From an uncultured archaeon (GTDB lineage: Archaea; Iainarchaeota; Iainarchaeia; Iainarchaeales; JAAZKV01): DNA of 32,000 bases. The notes under the pieces are model-generated. The model was not told the origin of the DNA. It did not search any database and saw only the letters and a list, made by a program, of their open reading frames with translations. Within the stretch, counting starts at the first letter, position 1. The number at the start of each line of letters is the position of its first letter. The stretch lies in NCBI GenBank assembly GCA_964551375.1, contig CAZKBG010000001.1:360001-392000 (forward strand). The letters run 5' to 3'. Of the stretch, positions 19,060-26,710 are shown piece by piece. Made by a program: the position numbers and the translations under genes.

Positions 19060-19129
19060 AGGATATAGCTGCCAGCGCAATTTTAGCCCATCAAACCTGC
19101 CCTTTTAGTGCGAAAGGCAGCTATATCCT
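19060..19129. repeat. Long inverted repeat / hairpin, 14-bp perfect stem
   Basis: AGGATATAGCTGCC (19060-19073) and GGCAGCTATATCCT (19116-19129) with a 42-nt loop that can itself pair CGCA 19076-19079 with TGCG 19109-19112. Confidence 0.85.
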
Positions 19130-19145
19130 GGAAAGAACTAAAACT

Positions 19146-19202
19146 TAGTCCAAAATCAGCCTCATTGAATTCTGCCCCCAACACGGGCAGAGGACTATTT
19201 TT
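19146..19202 (+). ncRNA. Candidate nested stem-loop followed by T-run (ncRNA 3' end or terminator-like)
   Basis: TAGTCC 19146-19151 with GGACTA 19192-19197; inside it TCTGCCC 19171-19177 with GGGCAGA 19185-19191; followed by TTTTT. Confidence 0.4.
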
Positions 19203-19310
19203 GCAATTTGAAAAAAAGAATAGCGCATTGAAACTAAAAAAAAGCCACACCCAAAGCAATAATAACCCAAATATACTTTACTTATAAAACTCAAAAAGGA
19301 ATGGGTAATT

Positions 19311-20054
19311 GTGGCAAAAAATGTTAAGAAAATAGTAAAGGAAAGCTATTCAAAAATTGCGCAAAACGGCGGGTGCGGATGTTCATGCGGATGCAAAACA
19401 AGCGAGAACGCAAAAATCTCAAAATCAATAGGCTACTCTGAAGATGAGCTTGGCGAGGTATCAATCGCAAACCTTGGACTTGGATGCGGGAACCCGACAG
19501 CATTAGCTGATATAAAAAAAGGAATGATTGTGCTTGACCTTGGAAGCGGAGCAGGAATTGACTGCTTTTTGGCGGCAAAAAAGACAGGAGCAACTGGAAA
19601 AGTAATTGGAGTGGACATGACTGAAAGCATGATTGCTCTTGCAGAGGAAAACGCTAAAAAACTGAAAATTAAAAATGTAGAATTCAAATTAGGAGATATT
19701 GAAAAACTTCCTATTGAAGATAACTCAATTGATGTGATAATAAGCAACTGCGTCATTAACTTAGCTCCTGATAAATTGAAAGTGTTTAAGGAAGCTTACA
19801 GAGTTCTAAAAAAAGGCGGAAAAATGATGGTATCGGATATTGTTCTCCTAAAAGAGCTTGAGAAATGGCAGCGCGAAGACAAAGAACTAATATCAGGATG
19901 CGTAGGCGGGGCCCTGCTAAAAGAAGAATATTTATTAATTATAAAAAAATCGGGATTAAAACCAAGAATTGTTTCAGAAGACAAAGAGATAAGCAAAAGG
20001 CAGTATAATGGAATAGCGCTTGAAAGCATAAAAGTTGAAGCAACAAAAGAATAA
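19311..20054 (+). CDS. arsM: Arsenite S-adenosylmethyltransferase
   Basis: GLGCGNPTALADIKKGMIVLDLGSGAGIDCFLAAKK, SNCVINLAPDK, SGCVGGALLKEEY: SAM fold plus three family-typical Cys; GTG start with AAAGGA upstream. Confidence 0.85.
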   Translation: MAKNVKKIVKESYSKIAQNGGCGCSCGCKTSENAKISKSIGYSEDELGEVSIANLGLGCGNPTALADIKKGMIVLDLGSGAGIDCFLAAKKTGATGKVIGVDMTESMIALAEENAKKLKIKNVEFKLGDIEKLPIEDNSIDVIISNCVINLAPDKLKVFKEAYRVLKKGGKMMVSDIVLLKELEKWQREDKELISGCVGGALLKEEYLLIIKKSGLKPRIVSEDKEISKRQYNGIALESIKVEATKE

Positions 20055-20146
20055 CTGTGCGGAAACATTCACAACCAAAGCCATAATAACCCCGCGGACT
20101 TATTAGTTTTAAACACTAAATAGTGTGAACAAAAGGTGAATAAAAA

Positions 20147-20224
20147 ATGCCAGCAAAAAAAACTGTAAAGAAAACAACAAAAGCAAAGAAAGACGACTGC
20201 GGTTGCAGCTGCTGCTGCAGGTAA
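20147..20224 (+). CDS. 25-aa Cys-rich microprotein downstream of arsM
   Basis: Read directly: MPAKKTVKKTTKAKKDDCGCSCCCR stop; AAAGGTGAA 8 nt upstream; ends shortly before a hairpin/T-run. Confidence 0.6.
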   Translation: MPAKKTVKKTTKAKKDDCGCSCCCR

Positions 20225-20252
20225 AAATGCTTTCAAAAAAAGCACAATCCAC

Positions 20253-20288
20253 AGCTCTTTTAATGAAAGAGCTTTTTATTTTTTTAAA
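20253..20288 (+). terminator. Intrinsic terminator-like hairpin downstream of the Cys-rich microprotein
   Basis: AGCTCTTT (20253-20260) TAATG AAAGAGCT (20266-20273) followed by TTTTATTTTTTT. Confidence 0.6.
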
Positions 20289-20336
20289 AATCAAGTTTTT
20301 TATAAAGAAAGTCAGTTTTTAGGATTAATTTCCAAG

Positions 20337-21869
20337 CTACTTTCCAAGAACTTCTTTTCTTTTTAACACTTTTCTATAGGCATTCGCAAACCTGTGAGCC
20401 TCATCCCTAATTGCTTGAAGCAACTGCAAGCCCTTGTGCTTTCTATCAAGCCTAAGCGGAGAGCTTTTGTTTGGAAAATAAATTTCCTCGAACTGCTTTG
20501 CAAGAGAAATAATCGGGATGCCTAATTTTAATTCTTTAAGCACTCCGCTTGCAACTGCCAGCTGGGTTGGACCGCCGTCAATTACAATCAAATCTGGCTT
20601 TTTCATCTTTAATGAAAGAGAACCGCCATACCTTCTTTTTACAACTTCCTGCATTGCCCACAAATCATCGCTCAAAGTAGGGGCTTGGATTTTAAACTTT
20701 CTGTAATTTGACTTATCCGCAAAACCGTCAGTGAAAGTAACCATGGAAGCCACTGTATTAGTTCCGCTCAAGTGAGAAATATCAAAGCACTCTATAACTC
20801 GTGGAGATTTTTCCAGCCCCAAAGCTTCTTTTAACGCATTTGTCCGTTCATTTCCCGCAAAAAAAGTTGCTGTAATGTTTTTTTCAACAAAATCAAGAAG
20901 CTCCTTCTTATCCCCGCTCTTAGGAACTGTAATTTTTACTGCCTGCCCTGATTTTTTTGAAAGAAATTCTTCAACTATGACTTTTCCTTCAAATTCAAAA
21001 GGAATTAATATCTCGCTTGGGATTTTTATTGAATCATACAATTGAAGCAAAAACTCTTCCAAAAAATCTTCATAATATTGGAAGACAAACTCCTGCTTTT
21101 CTTCAACCACACCCTGCCTTACATTAAACACTAATAGATACACTTCATCTCCGACAATTGAATAATTAATCGCATGAGAATCAATTGTTTTAGTAAACTC
21201 CATAACCTGCTTTTCCTTTAATGTTTTAAGCGCGGCAATTTGATTTCTCAAAGTAAGGGCGTATTCATAGTTTAATATTTGAGTATTCTTCTTCATTTCA
21301 CTTTCAAGCTCTGCTATTAACTCATCAACGCTTCCTTTGAGAATTTTTCTAATCTTTGCAATTCTTGCGGAATAATCTGGCTTATTTTCAAGCATTAATT
21401 TCCGCAATTGAGGAGAAGGCTTTTTGTACAAAATCTTAAAGTGCCTTGTAATAGTATCCATCACCACTCTTCTAACCGCTCCGCTTGTGAAAGGACCAAA
21501 ATACTCGCCTTTCTCGCCCCTAATTCTTGCAACCTCAAGAATCGGCAAATCATCCTCGCTAAGACGAAGATATGCATATCTCCTTGAATCCTTCAAATCA
21601 AGATTAAATTTTGGATAATGAAGCTTAATTAAATTGTTTTCAAGAAGAAGAGCTTCTCCTTCGGTTTTTGTTACAATAAAATCAATATCAAATATTTTAG
21701 TCACAAGCAGAGCAGTTTTTGCATCATGATCTTTCTTTTGAAAATAACTTGACACTCGTTTCTTTAAGTTTTTAGCTTTTCCAACATACAAAACCCCTCC
21801 TTTTTCATCCTTAAACAAGTAACACCCTGGAGAGGAAGGCATTGAAGAAACATCTTTTGGCTTAATCAT
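20337..21869 (-). CDS. uvrC: Excinuclease ABC subunit C, lacking the usual C-terminal HhH region
   Basis: N-terminal GIY-YIG-like PGCYLFKDEKGGVLYVGKAKNLKKRV, UVR domain, ECFDISHLSGTNTVASMVTF, LIVIDGGPTQL, ends ...RDEAHRFANAYRKVLKRKEVLGK. Confidence 0.95.
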   Translation of the reverse strand: MIKPKDVSSMPSSPGCYLFKDEKGGVLYVGKAKNLKKRVSSYFQKKDHDAKTALLVTKIFDIDFIVTKTEGEALLLENNLIKLHYPKFNLDLKDSRRYAYLRLSEDDLPILEVARIRGEKGEYFGPFTSGAVRRVVMDTITRHFKILYKKPSPQLRKLMLENKPDYSARIAKIRKILKGSVDELIAELESEMKKNTQILNYEYALTLRNQIAALKTLKEKQVMEFTKTIDSHAINYSIVGDEVYLLVFNVRQGVVEEKQEFVFQYYEDFLEEFLLQLYDSIKIPSEILIPFEFEGKVIVEEFLSKKSGQAVKITVPKSGDKKELLDFVEKNITATFFAGNERTNALKEALGLEKSPRVIECFDISHLSGTNTVASMVTFTDGFADKSNYRKFKIQAPTLSDDLWAMQEVVKRRYGGSLSLKMKKPDLIVIDGGPTQLAVASGVLKELKLGIPIISLAKQFEEIYFPNKSSPLRLDRKHKGLQLLQAIRDEAHRFANAYRKVLKRKEVLGK

Positions 21870-21970
21870 ACCAAATACTACGATTAGAATGAGTTAAAAT
21901 AGTTCTCTAAAAAGACAAACTTGCTTAATCTCACCAATAACTTATTTAACCCCAAAAAGGATAATTACAT

Positions 21971-22819
21971 ATGAATCCAATGAAAGGAAGCATAATTAAA
22001 CTCGGAAAAAGAAAAGCATTCCCCGCAGGACTTAACGCAAAAGCAAGAGCAAGACTTAAATCAAGGCAGGTACAGTCGCTGACTGAACAGTCGCGGAAGA
22101 TTAGAGAAAAGGGAAAAGTTAATCCTGAAAAAAGCGCCGCACAGCAGAGAATGACGTTTGGAGAAACAAATGTTGACGCGGCAAGAAGAATACTTTCTGA
22201 TGAAAGAAATATGGATAGAATGAGCGTTCATCAAATTAATCACGAGATTGCAACTGCGGGAGTTATGAGAATACTTAACGCAGGTAGAGTGCACATAGAT
22301 CCAAGAGATGCAAGGCAAGTGATGGGCAACTCTGGGAAAATACTTGAAAGATTCGCAAAAAGAGTTCCAAGCGAGCATGAGCTTTGGAAATATATTCCAG
22401 GACCAAAAAGAGGACCGGATGGAAAACTTCACTACCCTCAAATGAAGAGATTTAAACTTAAAGGAGCTGAAGCCAAAGTTTACATTGAGCAGTTCTCGCT
22501 TCCTCGCAAGTGGAAAGGACAAAAACCTGACAGAGTTGTTCAAGTGCTGAATGAAAGACTACAAAATGTCCCATTTCTTCCCCCAAGAGCGGGAGAAATT
22601 GTAAGCAAAGATTTAGGAATTATAAGAGACATGGCTCCAATTCATTATCCGCCAGTTAGGGAAAGATACAGAGTAATGGGATGGATACTACTTGAAGACT
22701 ATTCAAGCGGAAGAGGCGCAGCTCACCACATGCAGGTTTATTTACAGAAAATTGTTCCAAAAAAAGCTGAAATAGAAAGAGAGCTTAGAATGAAAGCGCA
22801 GGCAAAAACAGGCAACTAA
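21971..22819 (+). CDS. Basic protein of unknown function
   Basis: 282-aa uninterrupted ORF with Lys/Arg-rich N-terminus (LGKRKAFPAGLNAKARARLKSRQ); no family recognised. Confidence 0.75.
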   Translation: MNPMKGSIIKLGKRKAFPAGLNAKARARLKSRQVQSLTEQSRKIREKGKVNPEKSAAQQRMTFGETNVDAARRILSDERNMDRMSVHQINHEIATAGVMRILNAGRVHIDPRDARQVMGNSGKILERFAKRVPSEHELWKYIPGPKRGPDGKLHYPQMKRFKLKGAEAKVYIEQFSLPRKWKGQKPDRVVQVLNERLQNVPFLPPRAGEIVSKDLGIIRDMAPIHYPPVRERYRVMGWILLEDYSSGRGAAHHMQVYLQKIVPKKAEIERELRMKAQAKTGN

Positions 22820-22837
22820 TTCAAACGCACTTCAAAA

Positions 22838-25639
22838 CTATTTCTTAAGTATTGGCGAAAGGAACTTTCCAGTATAACTCTTTGAATTATTCGCAATGCT
22901 TTCTGGAGTGCCCTCGGCAACAATCTGCCCGCCGCCTTCTCCGCCTTCTGGACCCAAATCAATAATATGATCAGCGCATTTAATTACTTCAAGATTATGC
23001 TCAATTACAACAATTGTGTTTCCCTTATCCACTAAAACCTGTAGAACATCAAGGAGTTTTTTAATATCATGGAAATGAAGGCCTGTGGTTGGCTCGTCCA
23101 ATAAATAGAGTGTGTTTCCTGTTCCGCGTTTTGCAAGTTCTTTTGTAAGTTTTACTCTTTGAGCTTCCCCGCCTGAAAGAGTAGTAGCGCTTTGACCGAG
23201 CTTAATATAACCAAGTCCAACTGAGTTAAGAGTTCCAAGCTTTGTTCTAATCCCAGGAATTGATTCAAACAACTTTGTCGCTTCTTCAACACTCAAATTC
23301 AAAACATCAGAAATATTTTTCCCATTAAAAGTAACCGCAAGAGTTTCTTCATTATACCTTTTGCCTTTGCACTCTTCACATTCAACATACACATCAGGCA
23401 AAAAATTCATTTCAATCTTAATCGTCCCGTCACCCTGACACTTCTCGCACCTACCGCCTGGAAGATTAAAAGAAAATCTTCCTTGATTATACCCTCTCAT
23501 TTTTGCTTCTTTAGTCATTGCAAATAAGCTCCTGATTTCATCAAACACTTTAATATAAGTCGCAGGATTACTCCTCGGAGTTCTTCCAATTGGACTTTGG
23601 TCAATTACAACAACCTTATCCACTTTTCCGTCCACTACAATATCCTTGTGCTTACCTGGAAGAATCTTTGCAGTTGAGAGTTCAAGCTTTTTTACTAACC
23701 CTTTATTTATAATTTCTTCAAGAAGAGTTGATTTACCCGAGCCGCTCACTCCGGTTAAACAATTAAATACGCCAAGCGGAAGAGTTACATCAATATTTTT
23801 CAAGTTGTTTTCAGCACATCCTAAAAATGAAATGCTTCCTTCGCCAGTTCTTCTCTTCTTTGGAACACTAATTTCAACTTTCCCAGCCAAGTACTGCCCA
23901 GTAAGAGAATCTTTGTTCTTTTTTATTTCATCAGGAGTCCCAACAGCAATAACTTTCCCGCCGTGAATCCCAGCACCAGGCCCCATATCAACAACATAAT
24001 CAGCATTTCTAATTGTATCCTCATCATGCTCTACTACAATTAAAGTATTTCCAATATCCCTCAACCTGTGAAGAGTTTCAATTAATTTATTATTATCCCT
24101 CTGGTGAAGTCCAATTGAAGGCTCGTCAAGAATGTATAAAACTCCCATTAAGTTTGAGCCAATTTGAGTGGCTAATCTAATTCTCTGAGCTTCTCCTCCG
24201 GAAAGAGTCCCCGCCTGCCTTGAGAGAGTCAAATAATTTAATCCAACATCATTAAGGAACTTCAACCTTGCATTAATTTCTTTTAAAATAAGCTTTGCGA
24301 TTTCAGAGTCTTTTTTTGACAAATCAATATTAGCAAAAAACTCGCTTGCCTTGTCAATTGACAAGTCAGTCAAATCAATAATGGATTTATCTTTAACCTT
24401 CACTGCAAGGATTTTATCCTTTAATCTTTTTCCCTTACAAACAGGGCACTCGCTTGAACGCATATACTTTGCCAAGTCTTCTTTTCTCCACTCGGATTCA
24501 GTAGTTTTGTAAAGTCTGTCAGACTGAGGGATTAAACCTTCCCACCCATCTCTTAAATTCATTTCAGCGCCGTTATCCCAGTGTCCGACTAACGCATCTT
24601 TAGTTCCGTACATTAAAACATCATACTGGTGTTTTGTGAATTTCTCAATCGGGGTGAATAAATCAAAACCATATTTTTTTCCTACAACTTGCAATTGCTG
24701 TCCTCTCCAACTCAAATCCATTTTACCGTAAATATCAATAGCCCCGTCCATTATGCTTTTTGATTTATCAGGAATTACTAAATCAGGGTCAAATTCAATC
24801 TTTACTCCCAAACCCTTGCACTCTTCACAAGCTCCAAAAGGAGAGTTAAATGAAAACATTCTTGGCTGGAGTTCTTCAAAAGACAAACCGCAGATAGGGC
24901 AAGTGAGCGCTGAGGAATACATCTGCTCTTTTCCTTTCGCATCAACAATAATCATTAACCCATTTCCTCTCTTTAACGCGCTTTCAACAGCTTCAATAAT
25001 TCTTGACTTGTCTTTGACATTAACTCTGTCAACAACCGCTTCAATATCATGCATCTGCCATCTGCCAAGAACTATTTTTTCATCAGTTCGCATTATTTTT
25101 TTATCAACTCTAACTCTTGCATACCCTTCCTTTCCCAAATCAAGAACTAATTGCTCATGAGTTCCTTTCTTCTGGCTGATTATGGGTGCAAGAATAGTTA
25201 TTTCTCCTTTAGAATTTTCGATAACCTTCTTTGCAATCTGCTGAGGAGTCTGTGACTCAATCTTTACTCCATGCTTTGGGCAATGAGGAACACCAACACG
25301 CGCAAAAAGCAACCTTAAGTAATCATAAATCTCTGTAACAGTCCCCACAGTTGATCTTGGATTATTAGAAGTGGATTTTTGCTCAATAGAAATTGCAGGA
25401 GATAATCCGTCAATAGAATCAACATCAGGCTTGTTCATTAATCCTAAGAATTGCCTCGCATAAGCGCTAAGTGATTCAACATATCTTCTCTGCCCTTCAG
25501 CATAAATTGTATCAAAAGCAAGAGTTGATTTGCCGGAACCAGAGAGCCCAGTTATCACTATGAATTTATCTCTTGGAAGCGAGATAGTGACATTCTTCAA
25601 ATTATGCTCGCGAGCCCCGCGAACAACAATCTCATTCAT
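22838..25639 (-). CDS. uvrA: Excinuclease ABC subunit A
   Basis: ITGLSGSGKSTLAFDTIYAEGQRRYVESLSAYARQFL, CPICG/CxxC zinc sites, duplicated ABC signatures LSGGEAQRI and LSGGEAQRV. Confidence 0.98.
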   Translation of the reverse strand: MNEIVVRGAREHNLKNVTISLPRDKFIVITGLSGSGKSTLAFDTIYAEGQRRYVESLSAYARQFLGLMNKPDVDSIDGLSPAISIEQKSTSNNPRSTVGTVTEIYDYLRLLFARVGVPHCPKHGVKIESQTPQQIAKKVIENSKGEITILAPIISQKKGTHEQLVLDLGKEGYARVRVDKKIMRTDEKIVLGRWQMHDIEAVVDRVNVKDKSRIIEAVESALKRGNGLMIIVDAKGKEQMYSSALTCPICGLSFEELQPRMFSFNSPFGACEECKGLGVKIEFDPDLVIPDKSKSIMDGAIDIYGKMDLSWRGQQLQVVGKKYGFDLFTPIEKFTKHQYDVLMYGTKDALVGHWDNGAEMNLRDGWEGLIPQSDRLYKTTESEWRKEDLAKYMRSSECPVCKGKRLKDKILAVKVKDKSIIDLTDLSIDKASEFFANIDLSKKDSEIAKLILKEINARLKFLNDVGLNYLTLSRQAGTLSGGEAQRIRLATQIGSNLMGVLYILDEPSIGLHQRDNNKLIETLHRLRDIGNTLIVVEHDEDTIRNADYVVDMGPGAGIHGGKVIAVGTPDEIKKNKDSLTGQYLAGKVEISVPKKRRTGEGSISFLGCAENNLKNIDVTLPLGVFNCLTGVSGSGKSTLLEEIINKGLVKKLELSTAKILPGKHKDIVVDGKVDKVVVIDQSPIGRTPRSNPATYIKVFDEIRSLFAMTKEAKMRGYNQGRFSFNLPGGRCEKCQGDGTIKIEMNFLPDVYVECEECKGKRYNEETLAVTFNGKNISDVLNLSVEEATKLFESIPGIRTKLGTLNSVGLGYIKLGQSATTLSGGEAQRVKLTKELAKRGTGNTLYLLDEPTTGLHFHDIKKLLDVLQVLVDKGNTIVVIEHNLEVIKCADHIIDLGPEGGEGGGQIVAEGTPESIANNSKSYTGKFLSPILKK

Positions 25640-25896
25640 GCTTAGATACTATCCAAAAGAAAGCTTAATAAATCAAGCCAAAGGAGAGCGCCGGCGAAAC
25701 AAATGCTATTTATTTCACTTCTTTTTGGTTCACAAAAAGAATTCGATATAAAAACAAAAAACTTTAAGCACTTAAAATAAAAACACGCACACATTATTGT
25801 ACTAACTGGCAAAATAGTACCAAACGCTTTATAAAAACCGGAAACAAAAGAGTAGTCAAGCGGAAAAGATAGCCGCGTTATGCGAGGGGATAAATT

Positions 25897-26067
25897 ATGG
25901 CTGAACTGAATGTGTATATTACTGATGTAATGAAAAGAGAAATGGACTATGTGGGGGGAGTTGACTGGGAAAAAATAATCCACGAAGCTGTTTGGAAAAA
26001 ACTCGCAGAAGCGAAAAAACACTTCAAGAAACATGAAAGACCGAATACTTGGGAAAATGATTATTGA
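25897..26067 (+). CDS. 56-aa antitoxin-like small protein
   Basis: Read directly: MAELNVYITDVMKREMDYVGGVDWEKIIHEAVWKKLAEAKKHFKKHERPNTWENDY; GAGGGG upstream; TTTATAAAAA promoter-like element about 60 nt upstream. VapB/RHH-like VDW..I..EAxW pattern. Confidence 0.55.
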   Translation: MAELNVYITDVMKREMDYVGGVDWEKIIHEAVWKKLAEAKKHFKKHERPNTWENDY

Positions 26068-26118
26068 CCAAAAATGTGACAACAAACAACCGCGACAGCA
26101 AAGTTAATAATACTAACA

Positions 26119-26143
26119 CCATATTAATATAATATTAATATGG
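26119..26143. promoter_or_regulatory. Perfect dyad, candidate autoregulatory operator of the toxin-antitoxin pair
   Basis: CCATATTAATAT a ATATTAATATGG, 12-bp arms with 1-nt centre, 13 nt upstream of the antitoxin ATG. Confidence 0.6.
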
Positions 26144-26155
26144 GGGTGAGTGATA

Positions 26156-26392
26156 ATGGTGAAAGCAATAATAGACATCTCTCCGCAGTCAAACGCAATA
26201 CTAAATGTTCTAAAGGCAAAACACGGGCTTAATACAAAATCCGAAGCGATTGACTTTGTTGTAAAACAATATGAAGAAGAAGTCATGGAGCCGGCTTTGA
26301 GGCCTGATTTTATCAAACGGATGCGAAGAATTGAAAAAGGCAAGAAAATATACATAGGGACTGTCGAAAACCTTCGGAAGAGATTTGAATGA
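26156..26392 (+). CDS. Antitoxin of a RelBE/ParDE-type pair
   Basis: 78-aa protein with VKAIIDISPQSNAILNVLKAKHGLNTKSEAIDFVVKQYEEE, RHH-like; strong SD GGGGGTGAG; overlaps toxin start by 4 nt. Confidence 0.8.
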   Translation: MVKAIIDISPQSNAILNVLKAKHGLNTKSEAIDFVVKQYEEEVMEPALRPDFIKRMRRIEKGKKIYIGTVENLRKRFE

Positions 26393-26658
26393 CATACAGC
26401 ATAATATTAAGCAACAAGGTCGACAAAGTCTTCTTTAAACTTGTAAAAAAGGACAGAGAACAATATTATGCAGCAGTTAAAAAGATTAAAGAAATAAAAG
26501 AAAACCCGCAACATTACAAAAACTTGCACCCTCCGCTTGCGCACTTAAAAAGAGTGCACATAATGAAAAGCTTTGTCCTAATATTTTCAGTTGATGAAAA
26601 GAACAAAATCATTACGCTTGAAGACTACGAGCATCACGACAAGATATACAAAATCTGA
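26389..26658 (+). CDS. RelE/ParE-superfamily toxin
   Basis: YSIILSNKVDKVFFKLVKKDREQYYAAVKKIKEIKENPQHYKNLHPPLAHLKRVHIMKSFVLIFSVDEKNKIITLEDYEHHDKIY. Confidence 0.85.
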   Translation: MTYSIILSNKVDKVFFKLVKKDREQYYAAVKKIKEIKENPQHYKNLHPPLAHLKRVHIMKSFVLIFSVDEKNKIITLEDYEHHDKIYKI

Positions 26659-26710
26659 AAAAAATAGAAAATGCGAGGGAGTGTTTTACCCCCGCAAGTT
26701 AACTTTGATT

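Noticed and set aside
19040-19202. Possible H/ACA or C/D guide RNA
   Set aside because: No box C/D pair, and no correctly spaced pseudouridylation pocket or ACA box could be identified by eye.
20225-20336. Frameshifted HhH remainder of UvrC
   Set aside because: The region immediately 3' of uvrC contains the microprotein terminator and no HhH-like sequence in any frame, so a simple frameshift does not explain the short protein.
25642-26085. 147-aa minus-strand ORF
   Set aside because: Overlaps the better supported 56-aa plus-strand ORF with SD and promoter-like element; composition looks like an antisense shadow.
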